Origin: Adineta vaga | Lineage: Eukaryota > Animalia > Rotifera | Assembly: GCA_021613535.1 (NCBI GenBank) | Contig: CP075494.1 | Coordinates: forward strand, 744,001 to 808,000 | Length of the DNA stretch: 64,000 bases | Direction of reading: 5' to 3' | Shown: piece by piece, positions 24,828-37,511 of the stretch | How the letters are laid out: each line of letters starts with the position of its first letter | Position numbering within the stretch: the first letter of the stretch is position 1 | Made by a program: the position numbers and the translations under genes | Notes under the pieces: model-generated | Seen by the model: only the letters and a program-made list of their open reading frames with translations | The model's database searches: none | What the model was told of the DNA's origin: nothing

Positions 24828-27146
24828 CTACATATTATCGTTAAATACGCTTTTATCTTCCTCAAAAAAAGATCCTGATGTTTTATCTGACTGATTCATT
24901 GCTGTTATAGCTTCTTTTTGAAAAGAGATATCTGGACGTATAGAGGCGCTTGATTCACGAATAAAATTACTCGGATGAAAGTTATGCGAGGCACTCTGTG
25001 TATAATTCAGTTGATTTCCAACAGCAGGAACATCATACGCTATAATACTAGAGTGCTGATTATGAAATTTTAATTTCATATTCTCATCTCGATGATAATT
25101 AGGTGGTAAAATATAATTAACGCAGCGTGAAGGAATACTCAGTCTTTCAAGAAACGAATTTGATCGATTTCGAGGAATAATAGGTGGTGGTACCTGTCTT
25201 GCAGCATCACCAACATTAGTTTTATACTCAGTTAAAACAGTATTTAACCTAGTGTCTGTGCTAGAAGTTATCGGCTTCGCTGATTTTTCATAGCACCAGA
25301 ATAATTTTAGTAGAGAGCGTTTGAAATAACATTTACAAAACACGTAGATCGTAAAAATCAGTAGAGTGGCAACGGCAAAAATAATCAGAAAAAACGTCAA
25401 CGACCATTTCGATTGAATCACATTCGATACATTTTGTCGAAATTGATTAAATCCATCTTCCCGAAGTCGTTCTTCTATGCCTATTTCTTTCAATAAAGCA
25501 CTTATATTAAGTGAAGGTCTCAAAGTCAAAATATCTGACTGTGCTTCGTTTACTGATTCTCCGAGACGATATGGAGCAATAGATTTTTTCATCGAAAGGA
25601 TGTAAACATTTTCATCTCTACAGACATCTGATCGAAGATCGAATTTGCCGCACGATACGTAGGAGTTACATTTTGTTCTGATAATGCTAACCTTATTAAT
25701 ATTTGTCCAAAGATTTTCTTTCTTATCATTCTTTTCTAAACATTGTAATTTCGAATCAGTCGAAATAGCAAATATATCTGGTGCTAAACGGATACTTTGA
25801 GGCGAAAATAAATCTATTTCATCCTTCGTACATTCTGAAGTATTTGTATTAAATACAATACTTCGAATACAAGGATTCTGAATTTGGCTATATACTGGAG
25901 TAGGAACGGCACAAAACAGAAATTTGGAGCGCTCATCAAACGTGCAACGTCGATGGTCGTGGTTTTCCCATTCCGAAGAATATCCATCCGGACTCAACGT
26001 AAAGTACGTTGGTATGTGAGAGCTTTGTGCCGCTCTCGTCGATGTGATAAAGAAAGGTAGTTTTGTGACTTTATAAAGATCACTCTTTCTCTGCCTGCTA
26101 TTTATTGGACGTCCAAAGATATTTTCGACTCTTAAATGGCCAACAATCTTTGGAATAATTTCGTCAAGATCCACTGTTTGATTTAATTTTTCAAACTTAG
26201 GATCGACACTAACATCAAATTGAAAATCATCTTCAGTCAATTCGTAAGAAATATTCTTCTCATTGACAGAAGTAAATGATAATATTTGATGGACAAGAAG
26301 TTTTGGTATGAAAGCACTTAGAGATGCTCCAAAATCCTCCGGTAAAAGTGTTTTTACAGCTTCATACACGAAATTATATGTAATGGAACGTTGTTCTGCA
26401 GTCAAGAAGTCAAGATTCAATTTATGCTCTTCGATTTTAGTTATTGAATGTACGATTTTATCATAATGATTGCGCATTTCCTGAAGTATCGCATGCTTTG
26501 CGAAAGAGTCGTACTCATTTCGAAAAGCAATTACTTGTCGAATATGCTGATATAGATACTGACGAGTAGCATTTGCGTCATCATAAACATCTTTAAAGGA
26601 TTTTAAAATAGCTAACTGATTATTCTGAAGTGACGCAATAGCGGTATTCATTATCTCGTTCAAGGCAATTTGATGTCCCCGAAAATTCTCTACATCCTCT
26701 AATCTATGCGCTAGTTGTAAGTTACTGGGGCCCAGTAGATCCCCGACAATACGATACAACGTGTAGGCAACTCCACTAACTGCTATTCCTTCTATTACTT
26801 GTCGTTTTGTTCGACTTTTAGCATGGTCTTCCGCGACTTCCTTCAATCGCAGAACATCGCTGTTTTTCAGAAGAAGAGCTCTATATTCTATGCATGTTTC
26901 TAAGGCATAAGCCATTCGAATTGGAAGAACATCGCACAGAAACTGAAAAACAGGTATCTCGGTAATATAATTGATCGAACCATCAATTTGTGAATAACTA
27001 CCTATATACTGCCAAACGGTATTTGTCTCAATATGATGTACTAAAGTATTGTTTTTTACATTATCTAAGAATGCACTCTGAGCATTTACAACAGCAAATA
27101 TGCCAAAAAAGCTTAATGTGACGACGTAAAGCCCTTTAATAGGCAT
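24828..27146 (-). CDS. Class-I viral fusion (env/F-like) glycoprotein, 772 aa, intronless
   Basis: Signal peptide, furin site RTKR followed by a hydrophobic fusion peptide (QVIEGIAVSGVAYTLYRIVGDLLG), heptad region, Cys-rich ectodomain, TM helix WSLTFFLIIFAVATLLIFTIYVF, juxtamembrane Cys, long tail. Confidence 0.85.
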   Translation of the reverse strand: MPIKGLYVVTLSFFGIFAVVNAQSAFLDNVKNNTLVHHIETNTVWQYIGSYSQIDGSINYITEIPVFQFLCDVLPIRMAYALETCIEYRALLLKNSDVLRLKEVAEDHAKSRTKRQVIEGIAVSGVAYTLYRIVGDLLGPSNLQLAHRLEDVENFRGHQIALNEIMNTAIASLQNNQLAILKSFKDVYDDANATRQYLYQHIRQVIAFRNEYDSFAKHAILQEMRNHYDKIVHSITKIEEHKLNLDFLTAEQRSITYNFVYEAVKTLLPEDFGASLSAFIPKLLVHQILSFTSVNEKNISYELTEDDFQFDVSVDPKFEKLNQTVDLDEIIPKIVGHLRVENIFGRPINSRQRKSDLYKVTKLPFFITSTRAAQSSHIPTYFTLSPDGYSSEWENHDHRRCTFDERSKFLFCAVPTPVYSQIQNPCIRSIVFNTNTSECTKDEIDLFSPQSIRLAPDIFAISTDSKLQCLEKNDKKENLWTNINKVSIIRTKCNSYVSCGKFDLRSDVCRDENVYILSMKKSIAPYRLGESVNEAQSDILTLRPSLNISALLKEIGIEERLREDGFNQFRQNVSNVIQSKWSLTFFLIIFAVATLLIFTIYVFCKCYFKRSLLKLFWCYEKSAKPITSSTDTRLNTVLTEYKTNVGDAARQVPPPIIPRNRSNSFLERLSIPSRCVNYILPPNYHRDENMKLKFHNQHSSIIAYDVPAVGNQLNYTQSASHNFHPSNFIRESSASIRPDISFQKEAITAMNQSDKTSGSFFEEDKSVFNDNM

Positions 27147-28360
27147 GTTCGTTCAATTTCTGATCTGAACAGATCTAACAAGAAGCTATGGACAAGCAAA
27201 TATAGAATGAAGTACAAGGATCAAAAGAATAGGATAGAAAATCAAGTAGGAATACGAAAAATAAAGAGTATTTCTGTAATTATTTTGTGAAGAAGCAAAG
27301 ACAGTATATGAGAAAAATTGTAAAATATATCAGACTTTTGTTGAACTTGAAAAATTAGCCGTTTTTGGAATGATTCAAATATGTGAGTGTCCGTAAAAAT
27401 GTAAGGATGCGACCACACGATAGACGATTAAATAATATTGAATAAAGCAGATAGCTGTTATGGCGTGAAGTTTACACTATATGCGAGAGAAAATAGTCCG
27501 AAAAGAAATATAAAGGAGAGAAAAGATAAAAAATGTCTCCCTTTCATATTCGCGGCAGCGTAACATCATGCATCAGTGAAGCATGACAATCTGTCATATA
27601 TTTATTAGATAAAAGTGGAGATGAATTGTATTAGATGAAAAGCTGATTATGAACGATCGATTATTATCTTGTTTTTATAGTAAAGGTATTAAGCAGTGGG
27701 ATATTGACAAACACTTCTGTATGTATCTGAGAAATTGGTTTAAAAGGATATAACGCTTATATTTTTCAAAGTGTGAAGAGATATTTATCAAGAATAAATC
27801 ATTGTCACGTTTTCAATCTTGTTGTTTCAACTTGGGCGACTAAACTATTTCATTAACATGAATAATTTTAAGATACCAGTATCAAACCATAACCAATTAT
27901 TTCAGGTGCATTGAATGGTAATAATCCAAATAATCCAGTATCTTTCCTTATCCTTATAAAAATTCTCGGATTTCACGAACATATTTCAGTATCATATAGA
28001 TTCTTCTTGATTTAATTATTGTTCGTTTAAACTCGTTCTTTTATGTTTGTCAATACTGTACATTTTGATTTTTTATATATTTAATTATTAACTTAGTACT
28101 GTTACGCTGTTGATTGACTATTACATAAACAATTAGAAAAAATATTAACAAAATAAGTATATATTTTTCGCAGAAAAATGTATTCAATTATATTTTTCAA
28201 ATTTATTTCAGTTATATTAACAAAAGCTTATTGATACAGTGAGAAGAAAAGTATGTGATACAGAAAAAACATGTATATATTTACTTCTAATAGAGATAAA
28301 GTTTATGTATATAGTAGTAGCAGTACTCAATTCGTTTGGATACAAAAGGCATATCACAAC

Positions 28361-29170
28361 TTATTGTCTCTCCAAAAATTGGCGAACACACTGTTCTATT
28401 ATACGTGATCCCTCGTAAGTTGGATGTAAATTATCATCGCTTATATGATATCGAGTGAGACGTGGATCGATAGTCTGAAAATTTAATCTATGCGACAGCT
28501 CTAATAGCATTATGTTACATTTATCAATCTCCTGTAGAACTCTAACTCCACTAGACAAATAACGCGTACCTTTTATACGCCATTGCAAGAGCTGCCATGC
28601 TAGCTGCAGCCCCGGATATAGAAGACGAATGGCTTCAACAGTTTCTCTTATGCGATGGACAGTTTCTTCTGCGCACATCACATGAAGATCATTCGTTCCT
28701 AAAATAAGTATAATTCGACTTGCTCCACGCATCATTTCCTGACCTTCAATACTTCTCAACCAAGTGAGCATCTTAAAGCAATTACAACCACTCTCATAGG
28801 TAAGCTTTACTAAATCTTTTGTCGTTTGCAAGTTGTACTCAATCAAACGACTAGCTATAGATGAACCAGCTACTACAGTTATTGGTTTGTAAATTTGATG
28901 AAATATGTTTTCATATTTCCATGGAAAACAGTTCTGACTGGGAAAACTTGGATAAGTAAATTGTTCACACAATAATTTTTTGTTATATTTTTGTCGCCAA
29001 CGTTGTTGTTGTCGCCGTTTGTTCTTGGGTTTTTGCGATTTCTTTTGATGGTTTTTAGACATGACTTTATTGCATGTAATTGATTTAGAAGTTGATACAG
29101 GCTTCATTGTATATTGAGAAATTTGATTTGTAAATTGATTATTTATCAATGTGTTATATTGCAAATTCAA
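28361..29170 (-). CDS. SGNH/GDSL-type hydrolase with a basic N-terminal extension
   Basis: Block I 'VAGSSIA', block III 'ILILGTNDL', block V 'DDNLHP'; K/R/Q-rich N-terminus; likely ATG start at ~29107. Confidence 0.85.
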   Translation of the reverse strand: MNLQYNTLINNQFTNQISQYTMKPVSTSKSITCNKVMSKNHQKKSQKPKNKRRQQQRWRQKYNKKLLCEQFTYPSFPSQNCFPWKYENIFHQIYKPITVVAGSSIASRLIEYNLQTTKDLVKLTYESGCNCFKMLTWLRSIEGQEMMRGASRIILILGTNDLHVMCAEETVHRIRETVEAIRLLYPGLQLAWQLLQWRIKGTRYLSSGVRVLQEIDKCNIMLLELSHRLNFQTIDPRLTRYHISDDNLHPTYEGSRIIEQCVRQFLERQ

Positions 29171-31505
29171 ATATTGATATGATATTTTGGGTAAAAAAAC
29201 CTTTTGAGTTATTTGTAATAATGTATTTGAAGAAAATAATCTACTATAATGTGTAATTTTCTTATATGTTTTTCAATGCCGATATGTCGTTAATTCTCTC
29301 CTTTTCTCTCTCTTTCTCTCCCCCCTCTTTGTTAACTTCATGTGAAAAATATCTTCCTTATGTTGCATGATGTGATTGGTTAATTGACTGAAGTGAATAG
29401 AGAAATCAATTTCAACTGAACACTTGGCGTGAAAAATATACATATAGCAATAATGAATGTTCATATAATGTACGATCTTCCGATTTATTTGATAAAGACG
29501 AACATACCCTTTTAGTTTTCAAACAGAAGTGGGTAAAATATCGAGCGAAAAATGAAATAATTTACGTGCATTTCGTCAATCTTTGACATTTAGTTTTCAT
29601 CAAATCAAAAAAATTATCTTAAAAGTATTATTTATTGAAAATATAACAAGATATTGGTCCATATTTATAAAAAAACAGCAGAATTTTTTTTTGGAGAGAA
29701 TGAGAAGTTTTTTGTTGATCACACTCGAGTATATCAATCCGGTTGATGATTACGATACGCTTTAATTGAAAAATACTTGTTTTCCTTGATTTGTTTTTAC
29801 ATACGCTAGTCAAATTTAATGAACGGGAGTATCCAATCAAGATACTCCAATGCTTTCTGAATAATCATATTGAATCGAATTAGTTGTCAAAATTTCATTG
29901 TGAACAATGATTAAAACAATATCACTCGTTGTGGACTAATTTCAGTATTAAGAATATGACGATTGATATTTCGATAAATAATATTATAAATCGATCGTAG
30001 TACACAGATTTGTAAACTAACCAGCCACTAAGATGATGATCATCGTTATCCTTTATAACATACCTTCTAAGCTATTTATATTTGTTATTCATATATTATA
30101 AAAATTTATTCACTTCAAAACGATCGATCATCGATGATCAGATATAAATATATACTAGAGCAAGACAGCTCAACTCAAAAGGGTATCCAAGTTGTCGATT
30201 CAATTCATTGGAAAAAATGCATTACGATGCAATTTATTTCAACTCAAAAAATGAATTAAATTGAATCTAGTTGATTTTCTCAGCTCTGATATAAACATGT
30301 GATTTTTCAGTGAAATGAAAACTATTTTTCTTAAGTTTAATTGTGTTTACAATAACGATTCTATATAGGAGAATGATACTGAACAACCTGAAAACTTAAT
30401 AACATATTTTTGATGGATCATGAAACATATCATTGGTATTTGGTATAATACACTGGAAAGAAACTGGAAATTTGTTCACATTCGATATGAAGAGGACTAA
30501 ACTGTTTTATTCATCAACATCGAATTCTCATAAGCTTTCTAAATTTCAAAAATTGAAGATAAAACGTGAAAAGGACCGTTTGCATTACAATATATTTTTA
30601 TGATTAAATGGTAGTTTTGTTGTCTCATTTATCTATTATTTGTCAATTGTGTGCCGCTTTCGGCGAAAACATCATTATAAATTGCAATAGTTAAAAGAAA
30701 GTTATATTATTTTCATACATTACACATCATGTATAAAAGAAAAAAGAGTTTTGCAATTTCTTATTGTTGAACATATTCCTCTTAAGAATTCATACAATAA
30801 TACTATTTCAACTAATATTGTAATTAGAATTGAATATAACATCTTCTGCTCTACTCTCATATACGTATAGTATACTCATTCTAATTTTATCTGAGAAAAT
30901 TTATTGAGAATTACTTTGAGCATATGATTTATCATATTCTATTTATTTGTCTCTTGCAAATGCTATGGAGGATAGAGATGTGAAAGAAAAAAGTTATTGA
31001 CATCTATATTGATTTAATTTTATACATGTATTTTATTGATAATATTTTCATGTCTATATAGGCTGTTTACAAATGAGTGACAATATACGGAATGCGTATG
31101 TTGTTCGTATTTCAGGACAATATTGTTGATTAATGAATTATGCGAACCGATGATAAAATATGCAGTTGGTTGAAATTATCATAATCATTGTTAATAGGTA
31201 AAGATATATACAAATAATAATGCCTAGAATGAGAGAAAAAGAGGCAGCAACAACTAGATACAACAAAAATTCTATGGAAGATCTATAACTACACTAACTA
31301 CAGAAAATGACAGCAGATGTAGGAATGATACTTGAATTTTAACACTAAACTTATTAAAGTTAGTTAAATTCAATAGAAAAAAATCATCAAAATCAGCGCG
31401 GAATCATTTGTCATTTTTACACTACTTTTATTAAAGTTAAAATGCTACCCTTAAATTGAAGTCTATAAACGTTTTTTGAATATTTGTTTGTTAACTAAAT
31501 GATTT

Positions 31506-33269
31506 CTAATCTAGTGCCATAGAGAGCATTCTTTTTTCATATTTTTTTCGGATATTTGTCAACTTATTTGTATTGTATAAATCACATATTAAACAAATGT
31601 AAGTCAAGAATGTGGATTCATCGAAACCACGGACAATATTTTTATATTGTGCTAACCAACTGAAAATCTGTTCGCAAACTTCTGTGTTCGTTGAGTTAGC
31701 TATAGGATGTTTACGAGGATTTGTGTGTTTTCGACACCACGGATCTGTATGATTACGATAATGAAGTTTGTCGCAAAAAATTTCTAATCGAGATATTCTC
31801 TGATTAGCTGGAGTTTCTTCACTAAAATTATTTTTATTTTGAACGAAGCGTTTCAAATGACATGCATCATCATAGATTAAGACATCAGGAATATGTTCGC
31901 AATTTTTCATCATATAAACAAGAAAATTATATACTTGTTTAATGGATTCACTTCCGAAAAGTTCGGAAACACTGCAAATAAAGCCACAATTATAGACAGC
32001 AGCTATAATTCCTGATGTTCTATGAAGAATTTTTTTATATTGAAGTGATTTAAGGGTTTTACAACGTAGCGCGAACACTACTGGTCGACAATTTTTATTG
32101 TTTCTTAAGTTGTGCTGCTTTCGTTTGCAGTCTTTATGACTAACGGGATGTACGTCATCGTTATCGTTTCCAGTTTTGTGTGCTTCACACGTTTTACTCT
32201 TAAAAGCAGGTGTAGCTGAGCAGCCAACTTTTACGAATGGAAGAGAATCATCTTCGCATGGTATAGTCAAACTCTTAACTCTACAGACACGACGTGTTGC
32301 TTTTTGATGTCCATCTAGGACTACAGTGGCACAACAATTAGATCCGCAATATGCCTCATGAGTTTTACGTGCCCACTTTTGAGCAAACATTTTTTTCACA
32401 TCCGGTTGAATCTGCAATAGCAGAGATTGAAAATCTGTGCCCGTCGGTACTTGTATATAAATATTAACTTCACGGAAAAAGTGACCTAAACTCCAGATAA
32501 ACCATGTCTTTTCTATATGAAATCTATCCATAAGTCGAGTGTCGCTAGAACCACTTTTTTGACACATAAAATTATATGCATTTACAAAGTTTGAGAATCC
32601 ACAATGCTTGAACAAAATATCAGCATCAAGTTGATGGAGTATATTTTTTTCGTAACCAATATTGGAAAAGAGGACAACGACTTCTGCTTTCTCTTCTATG
32701 TGTAGAAATTTTGTTCCGTTTTGCTGAACGATGTAGTTATAGTGATATTTAGCCTTACACGAAGGGCACAATTTATAGAATAAAGTACCTTTCTCAGATT
32801 CTTTACCCCAACGAAAAATACTGACATCTTGATAAGGGCATGGAGAATTTAGTGCTGTTCTGTTACATGCTGTGTTAACACAGTTTGTAATTGTCGGAAT
32901 ATAACTATGTAACAACGAGACAACATGATTTTGCTTATTTTGTTTGCAATAATTTTTTATCGCATTATCAATTTCATGGTCTAGTTTTCCAGCAATTTCA
33001 TCCTTTATCATAGGTAAAATGATGTTCCAATTAGCAAGGCGCACATCAATTTGAGTTGCAGTATATGCAGACTGATACAAACTATTCAAAATTGCAGTAA
33101 TGTGCTGAACACGATTTGGAACATTTTTATCTATACGAACATCTAATCGACGCAATGTGGTTGCTATTTCAATATTCGGTAATGGTTGGAATAGCTCGAA
33201 TGGATTACGAAGTGCAAAAGTCATTCTTTTTCTTTTTATTGCTTCTTGTGTACGATTACTATTCTTCAA
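31506..33269 (-). CDS. KDZ-superfamily (Kyakuja-Dileera-Zisupton) transposase with CxC5/CxC6-like Cys clusters
   Basis: 'CPSCKAKYHYNY', 'VVLDGHQK..RRVC', 'YNCG....ELFGSES..QV', 'YDDACHL', 'DKLHYRNH....C', 'NTEVCEQIFSWL'; uninterrupted ORF; first ATG at 33224. Confidence 0.85.
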   Translation of the reverse strand: MKNSNRTQEAIKRKRMTFALRNPFELFQPLPNIEIATTLRRLDVRIDKNVPNRVQHITAILNSLYQSAYTATQIDVRLANWNIILPMIKDEIAGKLDHEIDNAIKNYCKQNKQNHVVSLLHSYIPTITNCVNTACNRTALNSPCPYQDVSIFRWGKESEKGTLFYKLCPSCKAKYHYNYIVQQNGTKFLHIEEKAEVVVLFSNIGYEKNILHQLDADILFKHCGFSNFVNAYNFMCQKSGSSDTRLMDRFHIEKTWFIWSLGHFFREVNIYIQVPTGTDFQSLLLQIQPDVKKMFAQKWARKTHEAYCGSNCCATVVLDGHQKATRRVCRVKSLTIPCEDDSLPFVKVGCSATPAFKSKTCEAHKTGNDNDDVHPVSHKDCKRKQHNLRNNKNCRPVVFALRCKTLKSLQYKKILHRTSGIIAAVYNCGFICSVSELFGSESIKQVYNFLVYMMKNCEHIPDVLIYDDACHLKRFVQNKNNFSEETPANQRISRLEIFCDKLHYRNHTDPWCRKHTNPRKHPIANSTNTEVCEQIFSWLAQYKNIVRGFDESTFLTYICLICDLYNTNKLTNIRKKYEKRMLSMALD

Positions 33270-33869
33270 ATAGATAACACTTAAACTACAATATAAATTC
33301 TTATGATGCAGATCTGTTTCACGATATCTATTAAAATGAAATAACTTGCCTAGGTACAGATCAATGAATTAATAACGAACACAAACTGAGCCGACGACGA
33401 ACGAATAACCAAGTGATATGATAATGAACGATGATAAACGATAAAGTAAAGTACATTATACTTTTTTTCTTTTTGCTAGCGGGTACAAGTGTCAATAGCA
33501 ATCATTCTAAGCTTTTTTGATGAGCTATCTGATCATTCAACCGTTGTTTCACATCATATGTATAGAGAAAACATAATGGTCAGTGAAACTCAATCAAACA
33601 CTTACATATAATAATACCCTGTCATCTTGCTTTTATGAGACTTGCTTAAGGCTATTACACGATGAATATTTTATAAAATCATAGGATAAAAAGTCAATAT
33701 CTCTTAATCATTCATCCGTATAATAAGAAAAGAGAAAAGAACGAAATGTTGAAAAGAAAGAAAGACAATAGACATGTTTCATTTATATTTCACTTTCTCT
33801 AAAGTTATCATATCAATCATTTCAAACCGTATACTTATCTTCAACTTTCGCACTTTTTTTTTCAAACTA

Positions 33870-34130
33870 TTCATTGCTCTTCAATTTATAATTCATTTTT
33901 TCAATTTATTATTCGTTCTTCAATTTATAAATCATTTTTTCAATTTATTAGTTGTTATTCGATTAGTTACTCGTTTTTTTTTTCGATTTATCATTCGTTC
34001 TTCGATTTATAATTCATTTTTTCAATTTATTATTCGTTCTTCAATTTATAAATCAATTTTTCCAATCTATTAGTGGTTATTCGATTACTTACTCGTTTTT
34101 TTCAATTTATCATTCGTTCTTCGATTGATT
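33870..34130 (+). repeat. AT-rich degenerate direct repeats between the divergent transposase and helicase genes
   Basis: ~20-bp subunits (TTCAATTTATTATTCGTTC / TTCAATTTATAATTCATTTT) forming an approximately 125-bp duplication. Confidence 0.75.
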
Positions 34131-34385
34131 ACTTACTTTTTAATTCATAATCCATTTTTCTATCGCGAACTCAATCAATTCTTTTATCAATCTTATTCTT
34201 CATTATAAATATCCAAACCGTATTGAAAAATTTTCTGATCACAAAATTTCGCTCGTACTTGTGATATCGTACTGACACTTACGTTAATTAGCATCTGATA
34301 TCGTTTCAAGCAATATCATTCATCTCGTCAGTCTGCATTTTACGCTGGTTTAAATATATAAATTCTTAACATAAAATTTCCAATT

Positions 34386-37075
34386 ATGTCTTCAAAAGGT
34401 TTCACTACATATCAACTTCGTACCATCATGCGTAAGGCAGGAAATGAAGAAATGAACGTTGATGAAATTCTAGATGAATCAATTGCATCTGTCATAAAAA
34501 ATATCAGCAATTCTTCTCAACTACCTGTTGAATACTTACTTACCTTGCTGCTTCCTGCAGTTAGTCACCACATGAACGGATCGCAAGTTATTAGTAATAC
34601 CGGTCAAACGACCAACGTCGCATTTTATACTATCATAATTGGATATCCCGGCGCTAACAAGTCATCGGGAATAGAAAAAATAAAAGAAGCTTGTCTTATT
34701 ATTGAGCAATTTGAGGGTATTGATGACGATCACTCGAGAATAAATAATAGTGCTACTGTAGAATCGCTCTTGTCAGAACTAAAGAATACTCATTCACGAC
34801 TATTTCAGTTATGGGACGAAGCATTAACTCTGTTACAGTCGTTCGGTATGTATAAGAGTGGAGGAGCAGCATATGACAGATCGATTATGTGCTCCTTATA
34901 TAATACATCATCAACCGTTCGCCGACAGACAAAAGGTACAAGCATGACTATTCAGAGTCCTGTACTTAATATCACAGCAGCAGCCCATCCTGTTGACATT
35001 TTTGATTCAATGAGAGTCGATGGTGAAGCTGATGGTCTTCTTCTGTCTCGTTTTTTTCGCTGCACCGACGCCAAAAATTCTTCACTCTTTTGAGATTGAT
35101 CAACCTGATCCTGATCAGCCGAGTATATTGCATACTCTTTTCATAATCCATTGTTTTAACAGTGAGGAAGTAGGAAACGATGACGACTCGAAAGTGATGT
35201 ATTCTTTTTCACCAGAAGCTTTGAAAGTCTTGAATACAGCTTGGAATTCATATACTGACATTATCAAAGTTTCTTATGAGTTTGATAGTTTTATTGCTTC
35301 TATCTATTCGAAAGCTCGCGTTCAAATAATTCGGATAGCTGGAGCTCTACACGCTATGTCACTAGCAGCAGCCGTTTTCGATTGTTTAACATCAATAAAC
35401 AAAGTGCCTAATTACTTCGATAAATCAAAACAAACATTGAGTTTACTACGAGACGCAGTTGCTGAATTTAAAAAAAGATATAAGTGGCAAATAATATCTG
35501 AAAAGACTACTCTGGGATCTGTTTCGATGATGAACTATTATCTAAAACAGAAGAAAATATATGCAAATCGTAAGTACTTTTATCTTACAAAATCGTTTTT
35601 CATACTTGCATGATAGATTGTTTTTTTAACAAAACGTAGGAAAAAATAATAACATAGATTGTAGAACTAACCACATAAAAGTAACGTCGTGGAATGTTGT
35701 TGACGCTTAAGTCTAATATATGAACAGTTCAGCTCGTTGATGTTATCTTCAGACGAAACAACAAATAGATGATAATATAACACGTTTGAGAAGAGAACGA
35801 TCATATATTTAAAAAAAGCACAAATTTATAATGCTGCCGTACATATAAGAAAAGAAAAATGATATGTTTTCCAACAGTTACTAACCAGTAGCTCGAAGTA
35901 TTAAAAAACAGGAAAAGCAGTTTCATCACTTTTCTTTCTCTTTCTCTCATTACACTTGAGATATTTAAAATCTGTTAGGACGTTCCTTCACATAATATAA
36001 AACATGTGACTTATATTATTAACCTGTTTATTATAATACAATATTTCTTTAGGTAAAATCAACGAAACGGCGGAAGAGATGCTGGAACGATTTCAGAAAG
36101 AAGAAAAAATTGAAGCAGGTCTTCAATTTGAAAAGGAAGAAAAATTAGAAGCACGAAAAAGTAATCGTGAAAATAAACTTATGGAAACGACGACAGCTCG
36201 ATGTGCTGAACGATTAGTGCTTCTGACACCGGGTATTAAGGTACCATGGGCCGTGATTAGTCGTAATCATGGAGGATTCAAAATCAATGAACTTCATGAT
36301 GCTGCCAGAAAATTAGACAATGAAAAAATAGGTAAGTTGCTTTTCTTCCCTTCTCACATGCACTTTCAATTATTGTTTCGCAGGTAAACTCGTCAAAGAA
36401 AAGAAGCCGAATGCAAAAAGAGCAACCACTTATTTCATCAAGACGGTCATTGACGAAAATTGGGATATTGATACGTTAACTACGTTCACCAACAAACTAT
36501 CTCAATATTCTGTAAAACTAAAAGAATATGTTGACTCGTGCGTTCATCGAGATTTTCAAGACTTTCTCGAAGATCCAGAGGATAAAACTGATAAAGTGCG
36601 TAGAGCCAGTGATGTTGCTCCGCTTAGAGATAGTTCGCAAACAAACGATATATCGACCAATGTTACTTCTAAGGAAGGCATACCGATGTCATTTCGTAAC
36701 GTAGATTTTCAAATCGCAGGTGGTGGTTTTCTACTACAAAAACCATCAAATCCTAAATCTGCCGTTCAAACAACCACAACAACGGACAAACAGCACACAG
36801 TAGTTGATTGTAATCCTTCTATTCTAGCTGAGGAGTCACCACCGTTTTCTCAACAATCCCTACTCCAGGAAGAAAAAAATAATGACGAACATAATCAGCA
36901 ACAACCCTTATCGACTACCTTTTCATCTCCTTCACCTGCCTCTCCAGCTATTACAGACTTAAGACAATCCACACCAACTGAACGCACACCAAAACGAATT
37001 CGATTCGACTTAAATAATGACGACTCGAACCTAAACAAGTCACCTGCACCCATTTTCTCAACATTATTTTCTTAA
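34386..37075 (+). CDS. DUF3987/YfjI-like AAA+ helicase-type ATPase, spliced, with one frameshift in a T-run at ~35051
   Basis: Walker A 'IIGYPGANKS', Walker B 'QLWDE', sensor 'LNITAAAHP', Arg-finger-like 'DGLLLSRF'; introns ~35571-36052 and ~36332-36383; S/T/Q-rich tail with NLS-like PKRIR. Confidence 0.75.
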
Positions 37076-37511
37076 AGAAATGTTGCAATATCTGCTTATT
37101 TCATCAATAACCACTTCCTCATAATTTAACAAACACAACTCATATAGACAAAACATACTTCGCACACGATCATTCTATAATTATCTAATATTCGTCGTGT
37201 TCGCTTATTCATCTCATGCAACCGTCATAGTCGCTTCTTCTTCTCGTCCATCCGTCAGGTTCGCTCATTCATTACCTGTATCCGCCATGTTTACTTTTCA
37301 CCACTTCTCTATTTCTTCTTCATCATTTCTGTATTTCTTCTAAATAAATTGTTTACTAATCTAATACTATTCATAGTAATTGATGTGATACTTCAAATTT
37401 ATAATCTAAAGTTGAAATGTTAAATTTCATACTTGACAGTTCAAATCTGAAAGTGTAAAAGTTGTTAACCTTTATATTCGGAATCTCAGTTTTCAAAGTT
37501 CAAAAGTTCAG

